Below are positions 48,996-56,135 of a DNA stretch of 64,000 nt, piece after piece. The notes below the pieces were generated by a model. It worked only from the letters and a program-made list of their open reading frames with translations. It did not search any database and was not told where the DNA came from. A program made the translations under genes and the position numbers. The DNA is from an uncultured Atopobium sp. (lineage in GTDB: Bacteria > Actinomycetota > Coriobacteriia > Coriobacteriales > Atopobiaceae): positions 19,610-83,609 of the forward strand of contig CAYSIC010000005.1 in assembly GCA_964430985.1 (NCBI GenBank). The letters are read 5' to 3'. Numbering within the stretch: the first letter of the stretch is position 1; each line of letters starts with the position of its first letter.

Positions 48996-50225
48996 CTAGT
49001 CGATGGGTTGCAGGCCCGAGCCGGGGCCCTGCACGCGCGACCAGGTCTTGGATTGTAGGCCGTGCAGATCAATGAAGCCGCGGGCTGCCGTGTGATCGAA
49101 GGTATCGCCCTCGTCGTAGGTGGCCAGGTTGTAGTCGTAAAGGCTGTAGGGAGAGCGCAGGCCATCCACGAACAGGCCACCCTTGCAGAGCTTGATGCGC
49201 ACCTCACCGGTCACGAACTTCTGCGTGTAGGCGTTGTAGGCGTCGAGCGCGTTGCGGTTCTGAGAGAACCACAGGCCGCGATAGACGGTGGACGCCCACT
49301 CGACGTCATTCTTGGCCTTCTGCTTGAGGGTCTCGGCGTCGAGGCAGAGGGTCTCGAGGGACTGGTGCGCCTGGATGAGCAGGAGTGCGGCGGGGCACTC
49401 GTAGCACTCGCGACTCTTGATGCCCACGACGCGGTCCTCGATCATGTCGATGCGGCCAAAGCCGTTTCGACCGGCGATCTCGTTGGCCTCGATGATGAGG
49501 TCGAGCAGCGGTTTCTTCTCGTCGTTAATCGAGACGGGCACGCCGGCCTCAAAGCCGATGGTCACGGTCTCGGGATCTGCGGGGCAGTCCTCGGGGTTGG
49601 AGGTCATCGTCCAGATGTCCGCCGGCGGAGTGTTCCAAGTGTCCTCGAGCACGCCGCACTCGATGGCGCGGCCCCAGAGGTTGTCGTCGATGGAATAGGG
49701 CTTCTTGTGCGTGGTGGGCACGGGTACGCCATTGGCCTCGGCCCACTCCATCTCGGAGTCGCGCGTGGTGAGATCCCAGACGCGAACCGGAGCGATAATT
49801 TGGATCTCTGGGTCGAGTGCGCGGATACAGGTCTCAAAGCGGACCTGGTCGTTACCCTTGCCCGTACAGCCGTGCGCGATGTACTTGGCGCCGTACTGGT
49901 GCGCGATGTCTACGAGGTACTTGGAGATGAGCGGGCGAGAGAGGGCGGAGAGCAGCGGGTAGATGCCCTCGTACTTGCCGTTGGCCCAGATGGCCTTGGT
50001 CAGGATCTTGTCAGCGTACTCCGCGCGCATGTCGATGGCCTCGGATGCGATGGCTCCCATATCGAGGGCCTTCTGCTTGATCCAACTGAGGTCCTTCTCA
50101 TCCTGGCCTACGTTTCCGCAGATGGCAACCACGTCAAGGTCCTTCTCAATTTGGAGCCACTTGACGATAACGGACGTGTCCAGGCCCCCGGAGTACGCGA
50201 GGACGACCTTTTCCTTCTCTGCCAT
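48996..50225 (-). CDS. argG: argininosuccinate synthase
   Basis: AYSGGLDTS P-loop-like motif, HGCTGKGNDQVRFE, 409 aa. Confidence 0.95.
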   Translation of the reverse strand: MAEKEKVVLAYSGGLDTSVIVKWLQIEKDLDVVAICGNVGQDEKDLSWIKQKALDMGAIASEAIDMRAEYADKILTKAIWANGKYEGIYPLLSALSRPLISKYLVDIAHQYGAKYIAHGCTGKGNDQVRFETCIRALDPEIQIIAPVRVWDLTTRDSEMEWAEANGVPVPTTHKKPYSIDDNLWGRAIECGVLEDTWNTPPADIWTMTSNPEDCPADPETVTIGFEAGVPVSINDEKKPLLDLIIEANEIAGRNGFGRIDMIEDRVVGIKSRECYECPAALLLIQAHQSLETLCLDAETLKQKAKNDVEWASTVYRGLWFSQNRNALDAYNAYTQKFVTGEVRIKLCKGGLFVDGLRSPYSLYDYNLATYDEGDTFDHTAARGFIDLHGLQSKTWSRVQGPGSGLQPID

Positions 50226-50615
50226 GCTTCTTCCTTTCTTGGTTTTCTTGCCGAGCTAAGCTATGCGAGGGCTACCCGACGATGCCGGATGCCACGAGTA
50301 CCTTGGGTTTGTAATAAAAACGCCCAGAGGACCTAACGCAGCACGCGCGACATCGCGGGGCTGATTCGTCGGTTCTGGCGTCGGTGGGAGAGGGGGGCGG
50401 CGCAAGCAAAATCTATGGTCTGCTGGCGCATCATATGGCTTTCTCGGCCTCCCCTAGTGACTAGTGGCGCGCGGATATGTGCCGCGCGGCTGCAATCGAT
50501 GGCTTGAATATAGCCCGCCTCCCCACAAAGCGGCGCGAGCCATTGAAAACGAATTCGAGTAGAAACAATTTGCAGAAGCTCCAGGCGCATCGAATGGTGA
50601 GAACGGAGAATTTGC

Positions 50616-50865
50616 ATGTAGTTTGGGCTTTCGACACACGAAATCTCAAAACTGAATGTAGTTTGGGCTTTCAAGGCACACTCTTTGAGAGACCGGTTCT
50701 CGTTTAGCAAGAAAATATGCGGTACTCATAGCCGTTAACAGCGGGTTCATAAAAAAATATTCATTCACTATCTTATAATCTGGCTTTAGGAGCTAAAAAG
50801 TGCTCATTGAAAGCCTAAACTACATCTGTAAACGAGAAAACGTGTATTGAAGAGCCAAACTGCAG
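50616..50865. repeat. four-copy ~24-bp repeat, 2 direct + 2 inverted, 40-bp phasing
   Basis: ATGTAGTTTGGGCTTTC occurs at 50616 and 50656 (identical). Reverse-complement copies lie at 50809-50825 (16/17) and 50849-50865 (12/17). All four continue with a ...CAC(AC) extension. Start-to-start spacing is 40 nt in both pairs. Confidence 0.7.
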
Positions 50866-51154
50866 ACTCCTGGCCCTCTTCCGACGGGAATGACGAGTTC
50901 GGAGCCTTGGCGCGATGAGTCACGGAGAATTGTAGATCACGCCAACCTATGTTTTGGATACTTGCAGGCTAGAAGCCAGGGCAGGTGTGTGCCGAATTTG
51001 CTTATGCCCTCGGAAGAGTGTTCTGCGCGGGGCCCATTCACGCTCTGGCCCCTAGCTCGTGAGCAACTGAATGCATTCAGAGGGTAGACGTTAATAACGA
51101 ATTATAACGTTTCTCGTCTTTCCACAGCAAACCAGAAAAACGGTAGAAAAAATT

Positions 51155-51184
51155 GCCCCTACCTGCATATGTGCAGGTAGGGGC
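51155..51184. terminator. tRNA-Lys terminator (bidirectional hairpin)
   Basis: 13-bp perfect stem gcccctacctgca / tgcaggtaggggc. The minus strand has a T-run (A-run 51146-51152 on the plus strand). Confidence 0.75.
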
Positions 51185-51193
51185 TTCTTTTAA

Positions 51194-51269
51194 TGGTGCA
51201 CCGTCAGGGATTCGAACCCTGGACCTTGGGATTAAAAGTCCCCTGCTCTACCGCCTGAGCTAACGGTGC
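51194..51269 (-). tRNA. tRNA-Lys(UUU)
   Basis: Acceptor GCACCGT/ACGGTGC, anticodon loop CTTTTAA, T-arm CAGGG-TTCGAAT-CCCTG, CCA encoded. Confidence 0.9.
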
Positions 51270-51303
51270 GCGCTGAAGATTCTATCACGCTGGCCGAACA
51301 ATC

Positions 51304-52569
51304 CTACTCCCAAGCCCATTGACCGTTAACGAAGACCGGCGTCTCGGTACCATCGGTCGCCACGCCGTAGACGTTCATGTCATCGGTACCGATCATAAAG
51401 TCGACGTGGGTACTGCTCTGGTTGACGCCACGCGCGAGAAGGCCATCCTTGTCCAAGTTGATGCCGCCCTCCAGGCACTCGGGAAAGCCCATACCCAGGG
51501 CCAGGTGACAACTCGCGTTCTCATCGTAGAGGGTGTCATAGAAAAGCGTCCCGCTCTGGCGAATCGGCGTATTCTTGGAAACGAGCGCGCACTCCCCCAG
51601 GCGGCAGGAGTTCTCGTCCGTCTCGATGATGTGGCGCAGCACCTCGCGACCTTGCTCGGCACCAAAATCCACCACGCGACCGCCTTCGAAGCGCAACCAG
51701 AAGTCGCGAACCATCTGTCCGGCATGGATGAGCGGCAGGGCGGAGTGGACGATGCCGTCGGCACGCAGGCGGTCAGGCGAGGTAAAGACTTCCTCGGTGG
51801 GAATGTTAGGGAAGAACGTGACGCCACCCTGCGTGCGCCCCGCACCGCCGTCCCAGACATGCGCGGGGTTCAGGCCAACCGTCAAATCCGTGCCATTGGA
51901 GGCCTCGTAGCGCAGGGCGTCGAAGTGGTGGCTATTGAGGAAGCGTTTGGTCTTCTCGAAGGTGGCGTTGTGTGTCTCCCAGGCGCTCTCGGGATCGTCC
52001 CCGTCAGCGCGCGAGACGCTTAGGATGAGGACCCAGAGGCGATAGAGAGCCTCGGCAGGCGAGACGTCGGGAAAGACCTCGCTCGCCCATGCCTGAACGG
52101 GAACACCCGCAATACACCAGACATTGCGCCCAAAGTCCATACCGTCTCTGAACGCTCGGCATTCGGTGTTCCTTGCCTTGGCCGCCGCAGCCGGCTTAGC
52201 AGGATTCACGCCCTTGAAGGCCATGGGATCTTGGCCTTCCAAGAAGAGGAAAGACGCGCCGCGCTCGGCAAGTGAATTGAGCTGCTCCACCTGCCAGGAG
52301 GGCGTATGCTCGAAGATGGAGAGGTCGCAGCTCTCGTAAGTGAGGCGACTCACTTCATCGTCGTGCCAGATGACGGTCACGTGGCCGGCGCCGGCGCGGT
52401 AGGCGGCGCGCGTCACGCGGCGAGCGAAGCCAGCACACTCGACCGGCGACTGGAGCACGAGCTCCTGCCCGTCCCTGAGGGCGGCGCCCTTCTTTACCAG
52501 AAGGTTCGCATAGAGGTCAATCTGATCGGAGAGGGCCTCGGTGGCAAGGCGGCACTCCTCGTCGGTCAT
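51304..52569 (-). CDS. M29-family aminopeptidase (AmpS/PepS-like)
   Basis: About 421 aa from MTDEECRL. M29 thermophilic-metalloprotease look (YANLLVKKGAAL..., NIPTEEVFTSP, CHLALG). An alternative upstream start lies at 52623. Confidence 0.85.
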   Translation of the reverse strand: MTDEECRLATEALSDQIDLYANLLVKKGAALRDGQELVLQSPVECAGFARRVTRAAYRAGAGHVTVIWHDDEVSRLTYESCDLSIFEHTPSWQVEQLNSLAERGASFLFLEGQDPMAFKGVNPAKPAAAAKARNTECRAFRDGMDFGRNVWCIAGVPVQAWASEVFPDVSPAEALYRLWVLILSVSRADGDDPESAWETHNATFEKTKRFLNSHHFDALRYEASNGTDLTVGLNPAHVWDGGAGRTQGGVTFFPNIPTEEVFTSPDRLRADGIVHSALPLIHAGQMVRDFWLRFEGGRVVDFGAEQGREVLRHIIETDENSCRLGECALVSKNTPIRQSGTLFYDTLYDENASCHLALGMGFPECLEGGINLDKDGLLARGVNQSSTHVDFMIGTDDMNVYGVATDGTETPVFVNGQWAWE

Positions 52570-52655
52570 GGGGATAGGGACCACGTCTGTTCCTTTCGAC
52601 GCTCGGCAGTCGACGCTGGTCATGGGAGACCATGCCTCTTCTGCCCGCACAAAAA

Positions 52656-52673
52656 GGGCCCCTCGCGGGGCCC
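52656..52673 (-). terminator. tRNA-Gly terminator
   Basis: Stem gggcccc / ggggccc with loop tcgc. On the minus strand it is followed by T5. Confidence 0.7.
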
Positions 52674-52683
52674 AAAGCTTCTC

Positions 52684-52758
52684 TGGAGCGGGTGACGGGA
52701 CTCGAACCCGCGGATGCGAGCTTGGGAAGCTCGTGCCTTACCACTTGGCGACACCCGC
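52684..52758 (-). tRNA. tRNA-Gly(CCC)
   Basis: Acceptor GCGGGTG/CACCCGC, anticodon stem CGAGC/GCTCG with loop TTCCCAA, T-arm GCGGG-TTCGAGT-CCCGT, CCA encoded. Confidence 0.9.
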
Positions 52759-52770
52759 TTGCTGTTGGCT

Positions 52771-52800
52771 AGTTTAACCCGTGGACGAGTGGCCGGGCAA
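52771..52800 (-). promoter_or_regulatory. candidate promoter of tRNA-Gly
   Basis: Minus strand TTGCCC - 18 nt - TAAACT, ending 12 nt before the tRNA 5' end. Confidence 0.45.
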
Positions 52801-53306
52801 GGGAAATCCAAAATCTGCAGACAGCCACGCCCCCCGGTGTCGATTCATTGCTCATGGTCTACGACTCCTGAACGCTCGAAGACCCTTTGCACAGGCCTGA
52901 GGAGAAGAGCTGAGTCAGACACAGGCTCGCTTACCAAGAGGGACCTCGCCCTGCGGAATCTCCGCGGACATCTATCTGCTGATGGAGCCCACTTCCTTCC
53001 GAGAGAGTCTCTTCTCAGATCGATAGGTAACCTTTCTATATATGTATGTTTTGTGGATATAGGAGGCAGTGAGGTGCAACGTCCTTTTTTGTCATCCCGA
53101 CAAGAGCCGACATCGGGCCAACTCGTCTCCACATCGCGTCAGCCTGCGGAGAGAAAGCCTCCGATAGGCAGTAAGTACATGGTCAGCGACGAAAAAGGGC
53201 TGGAGCGTATCGTGAGCGCCCCGAACAGACGAGCAAGGGAGGGCCGTGGACGAACAAGACGCAACGCGCGATAGAGCGACCTGGCGAGAGAACCAGAAAT
53301 TTCGGA

Positions 53307-53496
53307 GGTTCCCATGGAGAAGCTCGCCGCGCGCGCGAATCAACGGTGGGGACACGCCGCTTGGTGGACAGCCACCTGCGCTGGGTCACGCGGGAAGAAC
53401 CCAGTTGGAGCTCGCACCGCCTGACGCGTAAGAGAGCTTCGCAAGTGGGGACAACAAGGAGAGACGCAAGACCGCCCCGCCCTGATGAAAGGAACC
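53307..53496 (+). promoter_or_regulatory. candidate structured 5' leader (riboswitch-like) of the glutaredoxin-like gene
   Basis: A nested set of helices can be drawn by hand: 53307-12/53491-96, 53319-25/53434-40, 53344-48/53415-19, and hairpins 53363-76, 53381-404 and 53445-80. The outer helix overlaps SD AAGGA (53489-93). G-U pairs occur only in the plus-strand reading. Confidence 0.35.
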
Positions 53497-53499
53497 GTT

Positions 53500-53742
53500 A
53501 TGAGCGAGAAGAGCCTCGTGCTGTACATGAGTCCCGGATGCCCTTACTGCAGAAGGGTTATGTCCTACATGGACAGGCACAACGTAAAACTCCCCGAGCG
53601 GGACATCTCCCGTGATCCGTCTGCGCGCGAGGAGCTCGTGCGCGTGGGAGGCAAGGGTCAGGTACCGTGCCTGTTCATCGATGGCGAGCCGCTCTATGAG
53701 TCCGCGGACATCATCGAATATCTCGCGGCTCACGAGGTATAG
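53500..53742 (+). CDS. glutaredoxin-like protein (NrdH/Grx fold)
   Basis: 80 aa. CPYC active site (LYMSPGCPYCRRV) and GKGQVPCLFIDG. The ATG at 53500 follows AAAGGAA. An ATG at 53485 also exists but has no SD. Confidence 0.8.
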   Translation: MSEKSLVLYMSPGCPYCRRVMSYMDRHNVKLPERDISRDPSAREELVRVGGKGQVPCLFIDGEPLYESADIIEYLAAHEV

Positions 53743-53847
53743 CCACAGCCCTGCCCACAAGTCGAGCATGGGCCACAAAAGGCGGCGCCCCGTCTAAGGC
53801 GGGGCGCCGCAGGCATAAGGACAGAGGCAGGAAGAGGACGACGTCGT

Positions 53848-55971
53848 CTAGGATCTGCGAATCATCTCGGTGACTATCTCGGTCACGGCCGTTGCCTGTT
53901 CTCCCGAAACGTTTTCTGGCATGTCTCGGGCAGTGCGAGACAGGGCGGGGAGTCCGTTTTCGCCCAAGCCCATGAGCGTGACCGAACGCATGGAGGAGCG
54001 CATGGCCGGCAGCGCGTCGGTCGCGTTCCAGTCGTAGATTTTCTGGCTCAGCGGGACGTGAAGGCTTCCTGCAGCGTTGGTGAGCAGCCGCAGCAGCCGA
54101 CGGTCGGCGCGGCGCGGCGCCTCGAGGCCCTCGTGTGTGAGCACGGAAAGCTCGCCGGCTCCTACGCAGTCAAGGTTGACGACGAAGCTGCCGCGTACGT
54201 CTGAGCGGTGCTGGTCGAGAAAGGCCCTCATGCCGGCATGGTCGAGCGATGAGGCCCCCAAGGCGACGAACCAGATGTCGTGCGAGACGAGGGCGTCGTC
54301 GCCTAGAGAGAGCACCGCGTCTCGGAGCTCCTCCTCGCTTGGGGCGTCCCCGTCGTCCTCCACCAGGCGCAGACCGCTGCGGGGAGCCGCTCCTCCGCGC
54401 CAGTCATGCGACTTGTCGGAATCGGGGTCGCCATCATCTGCGGTGCCCAGCCAGCCTCCGCCCTCGTCGCCCTTCTCGGTGGCAGACTTTTTCTTGAAGC
54501 GATCAAAGAACTGCCGGGCGCGCTCCGCGGGCTTCTCCTTGTGGTCGGTTGCCGCCGTGGGAATCGCCCGGGGAGCAACGACCTGCCCCGCCGCAGAAGA
54601 CGAGCTCTGCGCGGGCGTGGCATTGGGGTCCATGCCAAAGGGATCGACCCCCGTCTCGGATGGGTCGGGAAGATCAAAGAGGGACGCGCGGCGGGCTACG
54701 CTGGTGGGCTGCGGACGATAGCTCGTCTTGCCCCACTCGGGGTCCGTCGGGGCGTCGGGTCGAGTTGGCGCGGAGGGCAGCGTGGCATCGGCATCGTAGG
54801 CCTCGCCCATGTTGAGAAGACCCGAGGAGTCCTGAGGACCGACGCCGTGCGCGTCGTCGTCTTCCATCGTGAGTGAGAAGCGCCGCGCGGAGAGAGCCTC
54901 GTCCCTCATGGCCTCGAGCTCGCTCGTCTCGTCAGCCGCCGCCGAAGGAGCTACAGCGAGGGGAGCGGTCCCTCCCGAGACGCCCTCGGCAACGGCGGCC
55001 GCGGATGATCCGAGGCCGGAGGAACTCACGTACTCGATCTCGCAATCCTCGGAAAGAATGCCCAGGGAGCGCAGGACCTCCTCGCCGTGGCGCACGCCGA
55101 CAACCCGCTCTGCGGCGGGCACGGAGACGCTCTGCTCAAGAGCGCCAGGAGTCTCTTCGGGGGTCGTGTCTTGCTCCGCGTCAGACAGCGTCTCGGGAGC
55201 GCCTTCCAAGAGGGAGGGCGCCGCGGGCCGCTCAATAGGAGTGAGCCCACTCGGTCGAACGTTCTCAAGCACTCCGAGCAGAGAGGCCACGGAGGACTTG
55301 TTGTCGTTCGCGCCCAGGGTGCAGGGAGCCAAGCGCTCCGAGATGGCGCCGGCGGCAAGTAGGACGGACGGGCACGCGGCGATGATCCCGATGACCCAGA
55401 AAAAGAGTCGGACAGAGCTCGGGAGGAATCCTAGAAGCTGGATTAGGGCGCAAAGTGCCACCCCCAGAGAGCAGAAACGCGCAACCTTGCTAATGAGCGC
55501 AAGATGGGGCGCGAGAGGTGACGAGTAGAGAAAGTTTTCGCGGGGGGAGTCGTAGTGAGCCACGACCACGATGCTGCGATTGCCCTTGGCCACAAGCGGG
55601 CCGGTCGCCCGGTGCACGGCCACGACGTTTTGGCTACGCGCCTTGGGACCGAAGGAGAGGGACACGTCGCGTCCAAGGAAACGCATCAGAACGAGGACTG
55701 CCGGAATGATCGCGAGAAGGAATCCCACGATTGTGAGCGGGAGCACCCCGAGCCCGCATAAGACGATGCCCAGAAGCATCAGCACACTGAGCACCGACGG
55801 GCCGATTGCCGAGAGGGCGGGGGTATCGAATTCCTCAACCTCGGGCTCGACATCGTGCTGGCTCATGAGGGCGGCGATGGTCTGAGCCGCCTGGAACTCC
55901 TCCTGGCTGTTGGCGGGGGCAATGCCGACCTTGTCGTTGAGGTAGTCCATGTAGTCGTGTGTCATGGCCAT
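53848..55971 (-). CDS. M28-peptidase-like membrane protein with long disordered insert
   Basis: The N-terminal part resembles the start of an M28 domain (NVVAVHRATGP...IVVVAHYDSP). Multiple TM helices follow, then about 300 aa of low complexity, then an M28-like C-terminal part (FVALGASSLDHAGMRAF...NLDCVGAG). The start is chosen at MAMTHDY. Confidence 0.55.
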   Translation of the reverse strand: MAMTHDYMDYLNDKVGIAPANSQEEFQAAQTIAALMSQHDVEPEVEEFDTPALSAIGPSVLSVLMLLGIVLCGLGVLPLTIVGFLLAIIPAVLVLMRFLGRDVSLSFGPKARSQNVVAVHRATGPLVAKGNRSIVVVAHYDSPRENFLYSSPLAPHLALISKVARFCSLGVALCALIQLLGFLPSSVRLFFWVIGIIAACPSVLLAAGAISERLAPCTLGANDNKSSVASLLGVLENVRPSGLTPIERPAAPSLLEGAPETLSDAEQDTTPEETPGALEQSVSVPAAERVVGVRHGEEVLRSLGILSEDCEIEYVSSSGLGSSAAAVAEGVSGGTAPLAVAPSAAADETSELEAMRDEALSARRFSLTMEDDDAHGVGPQDSSGLLNMGEAYDADATLPSAPTRPDAPTDPEWGKTSYRPQPTSVARRASLFDLPDPSETGVDPFGMDPNATPAQSSSSAAGQVVAPRAIPTAATDHKEKPAERARQFFDRFKKKSATEKGDEGGGWLGTADDGDPDSDKSHDWRGGAAPRSGLRLVEDDGDAPSEEELRDAVLSLGDDALVSHDIWFVALGASSLDHAGMRAFLDQHRSDVRGSFVVNLDCVGAGELSVLTHEGLEAPRRADRRLLRLLTNAAGSLHVPLSQKIYDWNATDALPAMRSSMRSVTLMGLGENGLPALSRTARDMPENVSGEQATAVTEIVTEMIRRS

Positions 55972-56135
55972 GCTGTGCATCCTTTTTGAAGAGTCTCGCG
56001 GGCGGCTTTCGTCAGCGTGCATACAATCAAAAGAGTATACGTCTTATACTCACCGTGCGTTAAAACGACGCAGACGTACCGCATGAGGTCCCTCTGGGTC
56101 GGTCTGTGTCGCCAAGAACACTATGAGGAGGTCAC

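Noticed and set aside
50616-50865. CRISPR array interpretation of the 40-bp-phased repeats.
   Set aside because: There are only two direct copies per side, the two sides are inverted relative to each other, the repeat core is about 17-24 bp, and no cas genes are in the window. This is not CRISPR-like.
26895-52800. Integrated mobile elements or genomic islands at the six tRNA genes.
   Set aside because: No integrase, recombinase, transposase or phage genes occur anywhere in the window. I found no direct repeat of any tRNA 3' end. Only the tRNA-Lys-adjacent DNA is compositionally odd, and that is reported separately.
53307-53496. Assigning the glutaredoxin leader to the cobalamin or c-di-AMP (ydaO) riboswitch classes.
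   Set aside because: The cobalamin core elements (GGGAA...GGUGNNAAUCC, GCCACUG B12 box) are absent. The ydaO-like fragments (GAAUC, GGGGAC, GUAAG) occur in an order that does not fit the pseudo-two-fold ydaO consensus as I remember it. It is kept as an unclassified candidate instead.
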